DNA from: an uncultured Alphaproteobacteria bacterium
Lineage (GTDB): Bacteria; Pseudomonadota; Alphaproteobacteria; Rhizobiales; Rhizobiaceae
Assembly: GCA_963752795.1 (NCBI GenBank)
Contig: CAVVZH010000010.1
Coordinates: 6,851 to 70,850, forward strand
Length of the DNA: 64,000 nucleotides
Direction of reading: 5' to 3'
The position numbers and the translations under genes are program-made. The notes below the pieces were generated by a model. That model saw nothing but the letters and a program-made list of their open reading frames with translations, was not told where the DNA came from and made no database searches. Positions 31,657-41,853 of this stretch are shown piece by piece. Numbering within the stretch: position 1 is the first letter of the stretch; the number at the start of each line of letters is the position of its first letter.

Positions 31657-31871
31657 CGGCCCTTATGTCACGGGATCGCGACGATGTCATGGCCAAACTT
31701 GGTGGGCCAGAACCGGTTGTGCCGTTCACTTTCACGTTGGAGGCCATGAAAACCGCGACAAAACGCCGCGAAGAGTGTAGCTTGTTTGTGAGGTCGCGTC
31801 TCGCGTGGCCACGGTCAGGCAAGGCTTCGATGCGGGAAGCGGCTGTTCGAACCCGACAGGGAGGAATGGCC

Positions 31872-32702
31872 ATGTCGAACTTTCACGTTATTGCCGGCGC
31901 CGGCGACGTGCCGGTCTATCCGACCGTGCGCAGGATCGGCTACGCAGATCTCAGCGACGCGCTGCGGCGCGGCCTGGACGATTTCATGTCCAAGCCGTCG
32001 CATTATGTCTTCCTGTGCCTGATCTATCCGCTGGTCGGCGTTGTGCTTGCCGCCTGGACATCCGGCGAAAACGCCCTGCCGATGCTGTTTCCACTGATGT
32101 CCGGTTTCGCGCTGATCGGTCCGCTGGCTGGGATCGGACTCTACGAGATAAGCCGGCGGCGGGAATTCGGCCTCGACTCCTCATGGCGGCACGCCTTCGA
32201 CGTGCGCCATTCACCGGCGATTCCTTCGATCGTGGCCATGGGCATCTTCCTGCTTTGCCTGTTCGTGCTGTGGCTGCTGGCGGCCAAGGCGATCTATGTC
32301 TGGCAGTTCAGCGACCGTGCGCCGGCATCCATCGGCACGTTCTTCAACGAACTGTTCGGCACCCGCCAGGGCTGGACGGTGATCCTGTTCGGTAATATCG
32401 TCGGCTTCGTCTTCGCGGTTGTCGTGCTGGCCACGACCGTCATCGCCTTCCCGCTGCTCCTCGACCGCGACGTCGGCGCCTATGAGGCGGTGGTCACCTC
32501 GTTTCGCGCCGTGATCGCCAATCCGGGACCGCTGGCTGCCTGGGGCCTGATCGTCGCCGCGGCTCTGGTCGTCGGATCGATCCCGTTCTTTGCCGGGCTG
32601 GCGGTGGTCGTGCCGATCCTCGGCCACGCCACCTGGCATCTCTACCGCAAGCTGATCGAACCCGACGCGGTACCGGTCCAGCGACCAGCGCCGAAGGGCT
32701 GA
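31872..32702 (+). CDS. DUF2189 membrane protein
   Basis: GFALIGPLAGIGLYEISRRRE and PILGHATWHLYRK motifs; GGAGG RBS. Confidence 0.88.
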   Translation: MSNFHVIAGAGDVPVYPTVRRIGYADLSDALRRGLDDFMSKPSHYVFLCLIYPLVGVVLAAWTSGENALPMLFPLMSGFALIGPLAGIGLYEISRRREFGLDSSWRHAFDVRHSPAIPSIVAMGIFLLCLFVLWLLAAKAIYVWQFSDRAPASIGTFFNELFGTRQGWTVILFGNIVGFVFAVVVLATTVIAFPLLLDRDVGAYEAVVTSFRAVIANPGPLAAWGLIVAAALVVGSIPFFAGLAVVVPILGHATWHLYRKLIEPDAVPVQRPAPKG

Positions 32703-32709
32703 TGGAAGG

Positions 32710-33384
32710 TCACGACGCGCGCCCGGTATTGCGCGTCACGCCGACAGGCAGGCCGGCGAGGCGCGCCATCCCGCCTTTCTGGAACAGGGTGCGGTCGGCG
32801 AGGTATGCGGCCAGCATGCCGGTCGCGTCGTCGCCCCAGAACAATTCGCCATCGACATGGAAGGTCGGCACCCCGAAGACGCCGCGCGCGATGGCTTCCT
32901 CGGTAAATTGCCTGAGGCGATCCTTCGCCTCCTGCTCCCCGGCCAGTTCGGCGGACGCGCCCGCCGCCGTCAGGAAGCGCCCGAAATCTTCTAGCGCCTC
33001 ATCGGTATCGGGAGCACGGCCCTCGACGAAGACGAAATCGAAGCCGCGCCGGACGGTCTGCAGATCGGGTCCGAGCGCCGCAAGCATGCGCAGCGCCTTC
33101 AGCGGATTGAAGGGATGACGTTCCGGCATGGCGAAGGGCACGCCGCGTTCCGACGCGAGCCATTGCACCATGCGGTAGGTATGCAGCCGTTTCGGTGCGA
33201 TTTCGGCCGGACCGATCTGGCCCCAATGTTTGAGGATGGCGCCGAGCAGCACCGGCTTGGGTCGGATCGTCAGCCCGGCCGGCAGGCGATCGAACGCCTG
33301 AAGCTGGAGATAGGCGAATGGCGAAACAAGGTCGAAATACCAGTCGATCGTCGCCGAGCCTCCATCACCATGTGATCTTTCCAT
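32710..33384 (-). CDS. DsbA-like / 2-hydroxychromene-2-carboxylate isomerase (GST kappa) family protein
   Basis: YFDLVSPFAYL and GVFGVPTF...FWGDD motifs. Confidence 0.88.
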   Translation of the reverse strand: MERSHGDGGSATIDWYFDLVSPFAYLQLQAFDRLPAGLTIRPKPVLLGAILKHWGQIGPAEIAPKRLHTYRMVQWLASERGVPFAMPERHPFNPLKALRMLAALGPDLQTVRRGFDFVFVEGRAPDTDEALEDFGRFLTAAGASAELAGEQEAKDRLRQFTEEAIARGVFGVPTFHVDGELFWGDDATGMLAAYLADRTLFQKGGMARLAGLPVGVTRNTGRAS

Positions 33385-33581
33385 CGATCTATCCTATCCT
33401 GCCGCCCGGAAAGATTTATTCCGCCGTCTGCGGGATCACAAGGTTGATTTGATGCGGCGCCGGCGTGCACGCGACACGGGGCAGCGTCGCCCCGAGGGCA
33501 TATGGCGCTCCTTGAATGCCGCGCTATGCTAGGAAGTAATGGGTAAGTAGCGTTCAATTCTTCACGAGCGGAGAGGCTGGA

Positions 33582-34117
33582 ATGAAAACGATCGACCGCG
33601 GCCGCACCGCGCTTCTCGTGATCGACTTCCAGCAAAGGCGATGCCGGCGATCGAAGGAGCGGCACAGGCGCTCGCCAATGCCGGCAGGCTCATCGAGGCG
33701 GCAAAGAAGCTCGGCGTGCCTGTCGTGGTCACCGAGCAGAACCCCAAGGGCCTCGGTCCAACCATAGCGGACCTGCCGGTATCGGGCCTGCCAACGCTCG
33801 CCAAGATGGAATTCGACGCCACTAGCGCCGAAGGGTTCTTCGAGCTCCTGCCCAGGGATCGGATCGACATTCTGGTCGCCGGCTGCGAGGCGCATGTCTG
33901 CGTCCTGCAAACGGTGCTTGGCCTGCTCGACGCTGGCCACAGGGTCTTCGTGGCGCGCGACGCCATCGCTTCGCGCAAAGCGGAAAGCAAGGAAGCCGCC
34001 ATCGAACGCATGCGCGGCCATGGCGCGGAGATCGTGACCACCGAAATGGCCGTCTTCGAGTGGCTCGGCACTTCCGCCGATCCCAAATTCCGCGAAGTCT
34101 CCGCCCTGATAAAGTAA
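33582..34117 (+). CDS. Isochorismatase-family hydrolase, frameshifted near 33640
   Basis: MKTIDRGRTALLVIDFQQR in one frame continues as MPAI...TEQNPKGLG...GCEAHVCVLQT in another. CAA AGG CG ATG lacks one base of an expected CTG. Confidence 0.82.
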
Positions 34118-34307
34118 CGGCGCCAGCCTCGAAAAAGGCGGATGGCGCCTCCAGAACGGTGCTGATTTCACGCGCTTTGCGCCGGCGATTTAATTGTCGC
34201 GCGGGCCTCGCCGGGCTTGAACGAAGGCTCGGGGAGCCCTATTCCGGGCAAGAAAAGAACGATGCCGTCGGCTTATGGCCGATTTCGGCGAGGAAACCGG
34301 GAAAAGC

Positions 34308-36359
34308 ATGCAAAACCTTTGGAAGGACGAAGACGCGGAGGCGCTGGTTGCTGCCTATGCGAAGAAAGGCGTTGGCCGCGAGCTGGCGCTGCGGGTCTAT
34401 ACAACGCGCCTGCTTGGCGGCGAGCCGCGGCTGGTGCTGCATGGCGGTGGCAACACCTCCTGCAAGCTCAAGGTGAGGGACCTTCTCGGCGAAGAATGGG
34501 ACGTGCTTTGCGTCAAGGGCTCGGGCTGGGACATGGGCGTCATCGAGCCGGCCGGCCTGCCCGCCGTGAAGATGGAGCCGCTGCTCAAGGCGCGCAAGCT
34601 CGACAAGCTCTCCGACGAGGACATGGTGGCGCTGCAGCGCGCCAACCTCATCGACCCGGCCTCGCCGAACCCTTCGGTCGAGACGCTGCTGCACGCTTTC
34701 CTGCCGCACAAATTCGTCGACCATACGCATTCGACCGCCATCCTCGGCATCGTCGACCAGAAAGACAGCGAACCGCTCTGCCGAAAAGTGTTCGGGACGA
34801 AGATGGGGTTCGTTCCCTATATCAAGCCCGGATTCGACCTCGCCAAGGCCGCCGCCGAGATCTACGAGCAGGATCCGACCGTCGAAGGCCTGATCCTCGA
34901 CAAGCACGGCATCTTCACCTTCGGGGACGATGCGCGCCAGGCCTACGATCGCATGGTCCATTACGTTACGGTAGCGGAACAATACATCGCTTCGCAGGAA
35001 AAGCCGGCAAAAAAGGCGGCGTTGCCAGCGAAACTGGCGAGACCGGAGGACATCGCGCCACTGCTGCGTGGCGCCGTCGCGTTCCCGCGCGGCGAGGGCC
35101 GGTTCGACCGCTTCGTCGCCGATTTCCGCACCTCGCCGAAAGTGTTGGAATTTCTCGCAGGCGCCGATCTCGAGTGGCTGGCCGCATCCGGGGTGAGCAC
35201 GCCCGATCTCTCGATCCGCATCAAGACGGGACCGATCGTGCTCGACGCGCCCGAGGCCGGCGATACCGAAGGCTATGCCGCGAAGGTCAAGGACCGGGTG
35301 GCGAAATATGTCGCCGATTACACGGACTACTTCACAGCCAACAACGCCAGGGATGATATTTCGCGCACCATGCTCGATCCGATGCCGCGGCTGGCGCTGG
35401 CGCCGGGGCTCGGCATGTTCGGCTTCGGCCGCACCTACAAGGATGCGCGCATCGCGTCGGATGTCGGCGAGATGTGGATCGAGGCCGTCACCGGGGCGGA
35501 AGCGGCCGGCACGTTCCATCCGCTGTCCAAGGCGGAACTCTTCGAACTGGAATACTGGTCGCTGGAGCAGGCGAAGCTCGCCGGCAACAAGCCCAAGCCT
35601 CTGACCGGCCAGGTGATGCTGGTCACCGGCGGGGCAGGCGCCATCGGCGCGGCGACGGCCAGGCTCTTCGCATCCTATGGCGCGCATGTCGTGGTCGCCG
35701 ATCTCGACGCTTCCAGGGCGGCGGAAGCCGCGAGAGCCGCCGGCAACAATTCGATCGGCGTCGGCTGCGACGTCACCGACCCGACGTCCGTGCGTGCCGC
35801 CTTCGACGCGGCGGTCCGGACCTTCGGCGGCGTCGATATCGTCGTCTCGAACGCCGGCGCAGCTTTTGAAGGCAAGATTGCCGAACTGGACGACGCCTTG
35901 CTGCGCAAGAGCTTCGAACTCAACTTCTTCTCGCACCAGAGCGTGGCGCAGAACGCCGTGCGCATCTTCAAGGAGCAGGGTACGGGCGGCGTGCTTCTTT
36001 TCAACACCTCGAAACAGGCGATCAATCCGGGCGCCAATTTCGGCGCCTACGGCCTGCCCAAGGCGGCGACGCTGTTCCTGTCGCGCCAATATGCGCTGGA
36101 ATACGGCCCGATCGGCGTGCGTTCCAACGCAGTCAACGCCGACCGCATCCGTTCCGGCCTGCTCGATGACGCCATGATCGCCAGCCGCTCGAAATCGCGC
36201 GGGCTGTCGGAAAAGGACTACATGGCCGGCAATCTGCTGCATCAGGAGGTCAAGGCGGAGCATGTCGCCGAGGCCTTCCTGCACCAGGCGCTGGCCGAAC
36301 GCACCACCGCCGATGTGACCACCGTCGATGGCGGCAACATCGCGGCGGCGCTGAGGTAG
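34308..36359 (+). CDS. Bifunctional class II aldolase / short-chain dehydrogenase fusion
   Basis: N-terminal HGGGNTS, PSVETLLH, DHTH and KHG (Zn ligands); C-terminal TGGAGAIG, SNAG and YGLPK. Confidence 0.93.
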   Translation: MQNLWKDEDAEALVAAYAKKGVGRELALRVYTTRLLGGEPRLVLHGGGNTSCKLKVRDLLGEEWDVLCVKGSGWDMGVIEPAGLPAVKMEPLLKARKLDKLSDEDMVALQRANLIDPASPNPSVETLLHAFLPHKFVDHTHSTAILGIVDQKDSEPLCRKVFGTKMGFVPYIKPGFDLAKAAAEIYEQDPTVEGLILDKHGIFTFGDDARQAYDRMVHYVTVAEQYIASQEKPAKKAALPAKLARPEDIAPLLRGAVAFPRGEGRFDRFVADFRTSPKVLEFLAGADLEWLAASGVSTPDLSIRIKTGPIVLDAPEAGDTEGYAAKVKDRVAKYVADYTDYFTANNARDDISRTMLDPMPRLALAPGLGMFGFGRTYKDARIASDVGEMWIEAVTGAEAAGTFHPLSKAELFELEYWSLEQAKLAGNKPKPLTGQVMLVTGGAGAIGAATARLFASYGAHVVVADLDASRAAEAARAAGNNSIGVGCDVTDPTSVRAAFDAAVRTFGGVDIVVSNAGAAFEGKIAELDDALLRKSFELNFFSHQSVAQNAVRIFKEQGTGGVLLFNTSKQAINPGANFGAYGLPKAATLFLSRQYALEYGPIGVRSNAVNADRIRSGLLDDAMIASRSKSRGLSEKDYMAGNLLHQEVKAEHVAEAFLHQALAERTTADVTTVDGGNIAAALR

Positions 36360-36395
36360 GAGTTCAGATCTGATATGCAGGGTGTTTTACGAATT

Positions 36396-36528
36396 CCCCC
36401 CACCCCTGCCCCTCCCCCCAAGGGGGAGGGAAACGTGGCCGCGTCTCTCTCGGCAGAGTCGCCCGAATTCGATGGCACGAGGCTTCCTCAAGGTTCCCTC
36501 CCCACAAGGGGGAGGGCAGGGGTGGGGG
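36396..36528. repeat. Palindromic intergenic repeat (CCCTCCCCACAAGGGGGAGGG family), copy 1
   Basis: CCCCCCACCCCTGCCCCTCCCCCCAAGGGGGAGGGAA ... TTCCCTCCCCACAAGGGGGAGGGCAGGGGTGGGGG inverted arms. Confidence 0.85.
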
Positions 36529-36572
36529 TAACTAGGACGCGATAATCGGCGAGAGGCCGGCGGGAGGAGAAA

Positions 36573-37841
36573 ATGGACAAGCCTGTGTTTGAGCCGCTAA
36601 CGGTCGAGAGCCTGCCGGGGCGGCTGGCCGGCATCGCCGCGCTTAAGGATCGCGTCGGCGCCGACGGCGGGAACTGGAAAGTGCGCGAGGTCGGCGACGG
36701 AAACCTCAACCTCGTCTTCATCGTCGAGGGCGAGCGTGGCTCCGTGGTGGTCAAGCAGGCGCTGCCCTATGTTCGCCTCGTCGGCGATAGTTGGCCACTG
36801 CCGCTCAAGCGCTCCTTCTTCGAATACAACGCGCTGACCCGGCAAGAGGCGCGCGACCCGGGCATGGTGCCAGCGATCCATCATTTCGACGAACGCCAAG
36901 CGCTCATCGTCATGGATTATCTGTCGCCGCACGTGATCCTGCGGCGCGCGCTGATCGAGGGCCGGCAATTGCCCGGCCTCGCCAGGCATATGGGCCTGTT
37001 CATGGCGCGAACGCTGTTCCTCGGCTCCGACCTCGCCATGGACACGGCGGAGCGCAAGGCCGACCTGGCGCTCTTCGCCGGCAATGTCGAACTCTGCCAC
37101 ATCACCGAGAGCCTGGTCTTTTCCGACCCCTATTTCGACGCGCCGCGCAACCAGCATAATGCGCCGGCGCTCGACGGTATTGTGGCGCGGCTGAGGGCCG
37201 ACCGCGACCTCAAGGTCGCCGCCCAGCACATGAAGCATCTCTTCTGCGCCAATGCCCAGACGCTGGTGCATGGCGACCTGCATTCCGGTTCGATCATGGT
37301 CACCGATACCGAGACCAAGGTGATCGACCCGGAATTCGCCTTCTACGGGCCGATGGCGCTCGATACGGGCATGTATTTTTCCAATCTGTGGATGTCCTAT
37401 TTCTCGCAAGCCGGCCACGAGGCCGATGGCAGCCGCGAAGCGATGCGCCAATGGCTGTTTTCAACGATCGTCGAGGCGTGGGCGGTGTTCCGCGCCGAAT
37501 TCTCGCGGCTGTGGCGCGAAGAGCGCAACGGCATCCTCTATCAGCGCGCGCTGTTCGAGGATCAGGGCGACTGGCTGGGCGCGGAGCAGGCGCTCGACCA
37601 TTTCCTGGCCGAATTGTGGGCCGATACGCTGGGCTTCGCCGGCGTCGAAATGCACCGGCGCATCCTCGGCCTCGCGCACAATGCCGATTTCGAAACCATT
37701 GAAGATGTGGCCCTGCGCGCCAGATGCGAGACAGCGGCGCTGGAAATGGGCCGGCATCTGGCGGTCAACCGCGGCAACATCCATTCGATCGAGGAAGTCA
37801 ACGAACTGGCCGAACGCCTCGATAGAGCATGCCAGGCGTAA
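36573..37841 (+). CDS. mtnK: S-methyl-5-thioribose kinase
   Basis: EVGDGNLNLVF, VKQALPYVR, HGDLHSGS, IDPEFAFYGP and RRILGLAH motifs. Confidence 0.96.
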   Translation: MDKPVFEPLTVESLPGRLAGIAALKDRVGADGGNWKVREVGDGNLNLVFIVEGERGSVVVKQALPYVRLVGDSWPLPLKRSFFEYNALTRQEARDPGMVPAIHHFDERQALIVMDYLSPHVILRRALIEGRQLPGLARHMGLFMARTLFLGSDLAMDTAERKADLALFAGNVELCHITESLVFSDPYFDAPRNQHNAPALDGIVARLRADRDLKVAAQHMKHLFCANAQTLVHGDLHSGSIMVTDTETKVIDPEFAFYGPMALDTGMYFSNLWMSYFSQAGHEADGSREAMRQWLFSTIVEAWAVFRAEFSRLWREERNGILYQRALFEDQGDWLGAEQALDHFLAELWADTLGFAGVEMHRRILGLAHNADFETIEDVALRARCETAALEMGRHLAVNRGNIHSIEEVNELAERLDRACQA

Positions 37842-37868
37842 AGGCGCATCCATGAACGGAAAAACCGC

Positions 37869-38984
37869 ATGAAGGTCGGAGAACACCATTACCGCTCGAT
37901 ATGGCTGAACGTGGACGGGCACGGGGTCGACATCATCGACCAGCGCTGGCTGCCGCATGAGTTCCGGGTCGAGACGCTGCATACGCTGGACAGCGCTGCG
38001 GTCGCCATCCGCGACATGTGGGTGCGCGGCGCGCCGCTGATCGGCGCAACGGCGGCCTACGGCATGGCGCTGGCGGTTCGCCACGACCCCTCCGACGCGG
38101 TGCTGGACGAAGCATGGGAGACGCTGCACGCGACGCGGCCCACCGCGATCAATCTGCGCTGGGCGCTGGACGACATGCGCACGCTGCTTGCGCCCCTGCC
38201 TATTGCCGAACGGGCCGACGCGGCCTACCGGCGCGCGGCGGAGATCGCCGACGAGGATGTCGAGATCAATCGCGGCATTGGCCGCAACGGACTGGCCATC
38301 ATCAAGGAGATCGCATCGGCCAAGAAGAAGGGCGAACCGGTCAACATCCTGACCCATTGCAACGCCGGCTGGGTGGCCACCGTCGATTACGGCACCGCCA
38401 CCGCGCCGATCTATCTGGCGATGGAATCCGGCGTGCCGGTGCATGTCTATGTCGATGAGACGCGGCCGCGCAATCAGGGCGCGCAGCTCACGGCTTGGGA
38501 ACTCGGCTGCCATGGCGTGCCGCACACGCTGATCGTCGACAATGCCGGCGGCCATCTGATGCAGCGCGGCAAGGTCGACATGGTCATCGTCGGCACCGAC
38601 CGCACCACCGCGAATGGCGATGTCTGCAACAAGATCGGCACCTATTTGAAGGCGTTGGCCGCCGCCGACAACGACGTGCCCTTCTATGTCGGGCTACCCT
38701 CGCCGACCATTGACTGGACCGTGCATGACGGATTGAAGGAAATCCCGATAGAGGAGCGCTCCGCCGACGAGGTGTCCTTCGTCCAGGGCATGGGAGAGGA
38801 TGGCAAGACCACGCGGGTGCGTATCTCCCCGGAGACGACGCCGGCGGCGAACCCGGCCTTCGATGTCACGCCGGCTCGGCTGATCACCGGCCTCATCACC
38901 GAGCGTGGCATCTGCGACGCCTCTCCGGAGGGGCTGGCGGCGCTCTTTCCGGAAAAGCACAATGCGGGTAACGCGCCGCGCTGA
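37869..38984 (+). CDS. mtnA: S-methyl-5-thioribose-1-phosphate isomerase
   Basis: [37 protein letters not shown] and NPAFDVTP motifs. Confidence 0.97.
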   Translation: MKVGEHHYRSIWLNVDGHGVDIIDQRWLPHEFRVETLHTLDSAAVAIRDMWVRGAPLIGATAAYGMALAVRHDPSDAVLDEAWETLHATRPTAINLRWALDDMRTLLAPLPIAERADAAYRRAAEIADEDVEINRGIGRNGLAIIKEIASAKKKGEPVNILTHCNAGWVATVDYGTATAPIYLAMESGVPVHVYVDETRPRNQGAQLTAWELGCHGVPHTLIVDNAGGHLMQRGKVDMVIVGTDRTTANGDVCNKIGTYLKALAAADNDVPFYVGLPSPTIDWTVHDGLKEIPIEERSADEVSFVQGMGEDGKTTRVRISPETTPAANPAFDVTPARLITGLITERGICDASPEGLAALFPEKHNAGNAPR

Positions 38985-39075
38985 GCCGAGCCGAGCCGAG
39001 TATGCTGGAGCGAGATGCGGCCCGTTAGCCGCTATCCGCGCATTTGGACGACGGATCGGATCCGAACGGCTTCTC

Positions 39076-39216
39076 ACCCCCACCCCTAACCCCTCCCCAC
39101 AAGGGGGGAGGGAAACGCTTTCGTCGCCTTCTCGGCCAGATTCGTTCAGGGTGGTGTCTGGCGGCGATGCCGCAAAGTTCCCCTCCCCCTTGTGGGGAGG
39201 GGTTAGGGGTGGGGGT
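39076..39216. repeat. Palindromic intergenic repeat (CCCTCCCCACAAGGGGGAGGG family), copy 2
   Basis: ACCCCCACCCCTAACCCCTCCCCACAAGGGGGGAGGGAA ... TTCCCCTCCCCCTTGTGGGGAGGGGTTAGGGGTGGGGGT. Confidence 0.85.
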
Positions 39217-39259
39217 CATTTCATACGCGACCGCCCCGCCTGAATACCGGGATCATGCT

Positions 39260-39898
39260 CTATCGCGCCGCCCACAGCATGCCGCGCTTAAGGATCGTGC
39301 GCATTTGCGGCGACTCGAATTCCGCCGCGACGTGGCCGAGCGAGGAATAGAAGACACGGCCCTTGCCGTGCCGGCGTTTCCATACCACCGGCATCACCGT
39401 TCCCTCGATCCATGGCGCATGTTCGCCGCCAAAGGTCGTCGTGGCGAGCACCTCGTTGCCGGGATCGACATGCAGATAATATTGCTCCGAGCGGTAGGCG
39501 AAGCTTTCGATGCCCTGCATGACCGGATCGTCGGGCCGGGTCACGTCGACGCGGTAATCGATGATGTCGCCCGGATGCGCGACCCACTGGCCGCCGCAGA
39601 TGAAATGATAGTCCACGGAGTTGCGAAAGGCTCCCGTCATGCCATGATAGCCGGCAAAGCCGACGCCGCCCTTCACCGCCGCTGAAAGGTTTTGGGCCTC
39701 CTCCTTGCGGATTTGCGCGGCCGTGAAGATCGGCATGATGAGGCTGAGATCGGCGACCGCCGGATCGGCGAAGGCTTCCGTCGAATTCTCGATCCGGACG
39801 CTGAAGCCCTCTCGGCTCAATATGTCCTTGACGATATGCGCGCCCTGTTCCGGCTCGTGGCCTTCCCAGCCGCCCCACACGATGAGCGCCTCACGCAT
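39260..39898 (-). CDS. ThuA-like (class I glutamine amidotransferase-like) domain protein
   Basis: ALIVWGGWEGHEP, GGQWVAHPG, SEQYY and GRVFYSSLGH motifs. Confidence 0.88.
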   Translation of the reverse strand: MREALIVWGGWEGHEPEQGAHIVKDILSREGFSVRIENSTEAFADPAVADLSLIMPIFTAAQIRKEEAQNLSAAVKGGVGFAGYHGMTGAFRNSVDYHFICGGQWVAHPGDIIDYRVDVTRPDDPVMQGIESFAYRSEQYYLHVDPGNEVLATTTFGGEHAPWIEGTVMPVVWKRRHGKGRVFYSSLGHVAAEFESPQMRTILKRGMLWAAR

Positions 39899-39925
39899 GG
39901 CGGCATCCTTCAGCGGCAAGAACCA

Positions 39926-40504
39926 TCAGCGAACGGGCGGATTATTGCGCGCATCGAGCGCCGAAAACAGCAGCGAAAAGCCGGAGGACAGGAACGAAAT
40001 GCCGACAAAGACGCCGATCGCCCAGATCGCCGTCATCGGCAGCCCGATGAGCAGAAGCAGCGCCAGCGCGATGTCGATGATCCCGGAGACGACCACGACC
40101 CAGAAGCGGCCGGTCGAGGCGCTGAAGGCACGGGCGATGGCGAAGTTCATCACGCCGGAAAGAATGAAGAAGATGCCGATCACCCAGGTCAGCGTGATGG
40201 CGCCCGACACCGGATTGACGATGAAGAGGATGCCGAGCACGGCGGCCAGAACGCTGAGCGCCAGATTGGCCCAGAAGCCCGGGGCTTCGCGCGCCCGCAA
40301 CGCGGAAATGACCCCGATCGCGCCGCCGACAAGGAACAGCCAGCCGAAGAATATCGTCGTCACCAGCGTCGCGGCGAAGGGCGCCAGAATGGCAAGCATA
40401 CCGACGATGATTGCGATGGCCCCTTGGATCGCATAGGATTTCCAGTGATCGTGCAGATGCTTGCGCAGCCGCGCTTCGGTCTGCATCGAAGGGATATTGG
40501 CCAT
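39926..40504 (-). CDS. HdeD/DUF308 family membrane protein
   Basis: Six TM segments, NPVSGAITLT and WAIGVFVGI; GGAGG RBS before MANIPS. Confidence 0.85.
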   Translation of the reverse strand: MANIPSMQTEARLRKHLHDHWKSYAIQGAIAIIVGMLAILAPFAATLVTTIFFGWLFLVGGAIGVISALRAREAPGFWANLALSVLAAVLGILFIVNPVSGAITLTWVIGIFFILSGVMNFAIARAFSASTGRFWVVVVSGIIDIALALLLLIGLPMTAIWAIGVFVGISFLSSGFSLLFSALDARNNPPVR

Positions 40505-40709
40505 CGTCGTCACCTCCGGTCGGGAAGACAGTATGCGGATGATAGAGCGTCGGCGGCCAATATAAACCCCTTGTCGGGCAAGCCAAAGGTATATCCAGAT
40601 CGCCGGGCGCACCGCGACCGGCTGTCGTTGAACCGCGCGCCAAATCCGCTATACCAAACCGGCTTTGGCCAGCCAGACGGCGAAAGCGTGCGGCCTTTGC
40701 AAAAAAGGA

Positions 40710-41732
40710 ATGTCGTTGAGAAAGATCGGAATTGCCCTTGTCGGTCTTGGTCCGGCGGCGCTGCCCCACGCCAGAAGTCTGCTTGATCTCGGCGACCGCG
40801 CCAGCGTCGTCCATGCGGCGAGCCGCACGCGGGCGACCGCGGAAGCCTTCGCGCGGGAATTTCCTTTTCCGGTCACGACCGACATTGGCGCCACTATTGG
40901 CGATCCGGCCGTTGACGCCGTTTTCGTGCTCACGCCGCCGAACGCGCATTTCGAGATCGCCGGGCAGGCCTTCGCCGCGGGCAAACATGTGCTGATGGAA
41001 AAGCCGCTGGCCACGACGCTGGCGCGAGCGGAGAAATTGGTGGAACTGGCGCGTGGATCGGGCCGCATCTTCGGCGTCGTGCTGCAGCATCGCTTTCGCC
41101 CGGCAGGCCAGCGCCTTGAGCAGATCATCAGGGAAAGCGCGTTGGGAACGATCGAGGCGGCGTCGCTCGACGTGCCATGGTGGCGGCCGCAATCCTACTA
41201 CGATGTGGCGGCGCGGGGCAGCCTGGCGCGCGACGGCGGCGGTGTTCTGCTTTCGCAGGCCATCCACGCGATCGATTTTTTGCGCTCGCTGCTGGGTGTC
41301 AAGGAGGTCGTCGCCTCGCAAGTCCGCACCACGGCGCTGCATCGAATGGAGACGGAGGACCATGCCAACGCGCTTCTGACGCTTGGCAATGGCGCGCCGG
41401 CATCGCTGTCGGCCTCGACTACCTTTTATCCCGGCATGCCGGAGCGCCTGACCATTACCGGCAGCGCTGGCTCCGCAGTGCTCGAAGGCGGCGGGCTCGA
41501 TGTCCATTGGCTCGACGGTCGCGAAGAGCGCGTCGAAGCGGAGGGCAAGTCGGGCAGCGGGGCGTCGATCATGGATTTCCCCCATGACGCCCATCGCGCG
41601 CTGATTTCCGATTTCCTCGATGCGATCGAAGAGGGTCGCGATCCGCTGGTCACCGGCGAAGAGGCTCTGGCGACACAAAGGCTTATCGCCGATATCATCC
41701 GCGCCGATCCGGCCTGTCGTCAGCCAATTTGA
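40710..41732 (+). CDS. Gfo/Idh/MocA family oxidoreductase
   Basis: GLG, TPPNAH, GKHVLMEKP and DGGGVLLSQAIHAID motifs. Confidence 0.92.
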   Translation: MSLRKIGIALVGLGPAALPHARSLLDLGDRASVVHAASRTRATAEAFAREFPFPVTTDIGATIGDPAVDAVFVLTPPNAHFEIAGQAFAAGKHVLMEKPLATTLARAEKLVELARGSGRIFGVVLQHRFRPAGQRLEQIIRESALGTIEAASLDVPWWRPQSYYDVAARGSLARDGGGVLLSQAIHAIDFLRSLLGVKEVVASQVRTTALHRMETEDHANALLTLGNGAPASLSASTTFYPGMPERLTITGSAGSAVLEGGGLDVHWLDGREERVEAEGKSGSGASIMDFPHDAHRALISDFLDAIEEGRDPLVTGEEALATQRLIADIIRADPACRQPI

Positions 41733-41746
41733 TGGGCGCACCGGCC

Positions 41747-41771
41747 GGAACAGGGCGGCGCTTCAACCGTT
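41747..41771 (+). promoter_or_regulatory. Putative EcfG (general stress sigma) promoter
   Basis: GGAAC-N16-CGTT upstream of the small ORF at 41854. Confidence 0.55.
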
Positions 41772-41853
41772 GATTTCGGTATTCGCCTAGCCTTGCCGGA
41801 CCATGCTAGGAAAGCAACGCAAGAATGCCTGCAACCGTGAAGGAAGAGCCCGA

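Noticed and set aside
34308-36359. Calling the fusion rhaD (rhamnose catabolism)
   Set aside because: No rhamnose isomerase, kinase, mutarotase or transporter is nearby; the context is mtnK-mtnA.
38983-39000. GAGCC tandem repeat after the mtnA stop
   Set aside because: Only about three units and intergenic; too short to suggest phase variation.
36396-39216. CRISPR array or composite transposon
   Set aside because: No regularly spaced direct repeats, cas genes or transposase.
38905-39243. Short ORFs containing PTPNPSPQGG peptides (similar peptides in 36242..36478 and 36488..36754)
   Set aside because: They are translations of the palindromic repeats, not genes.
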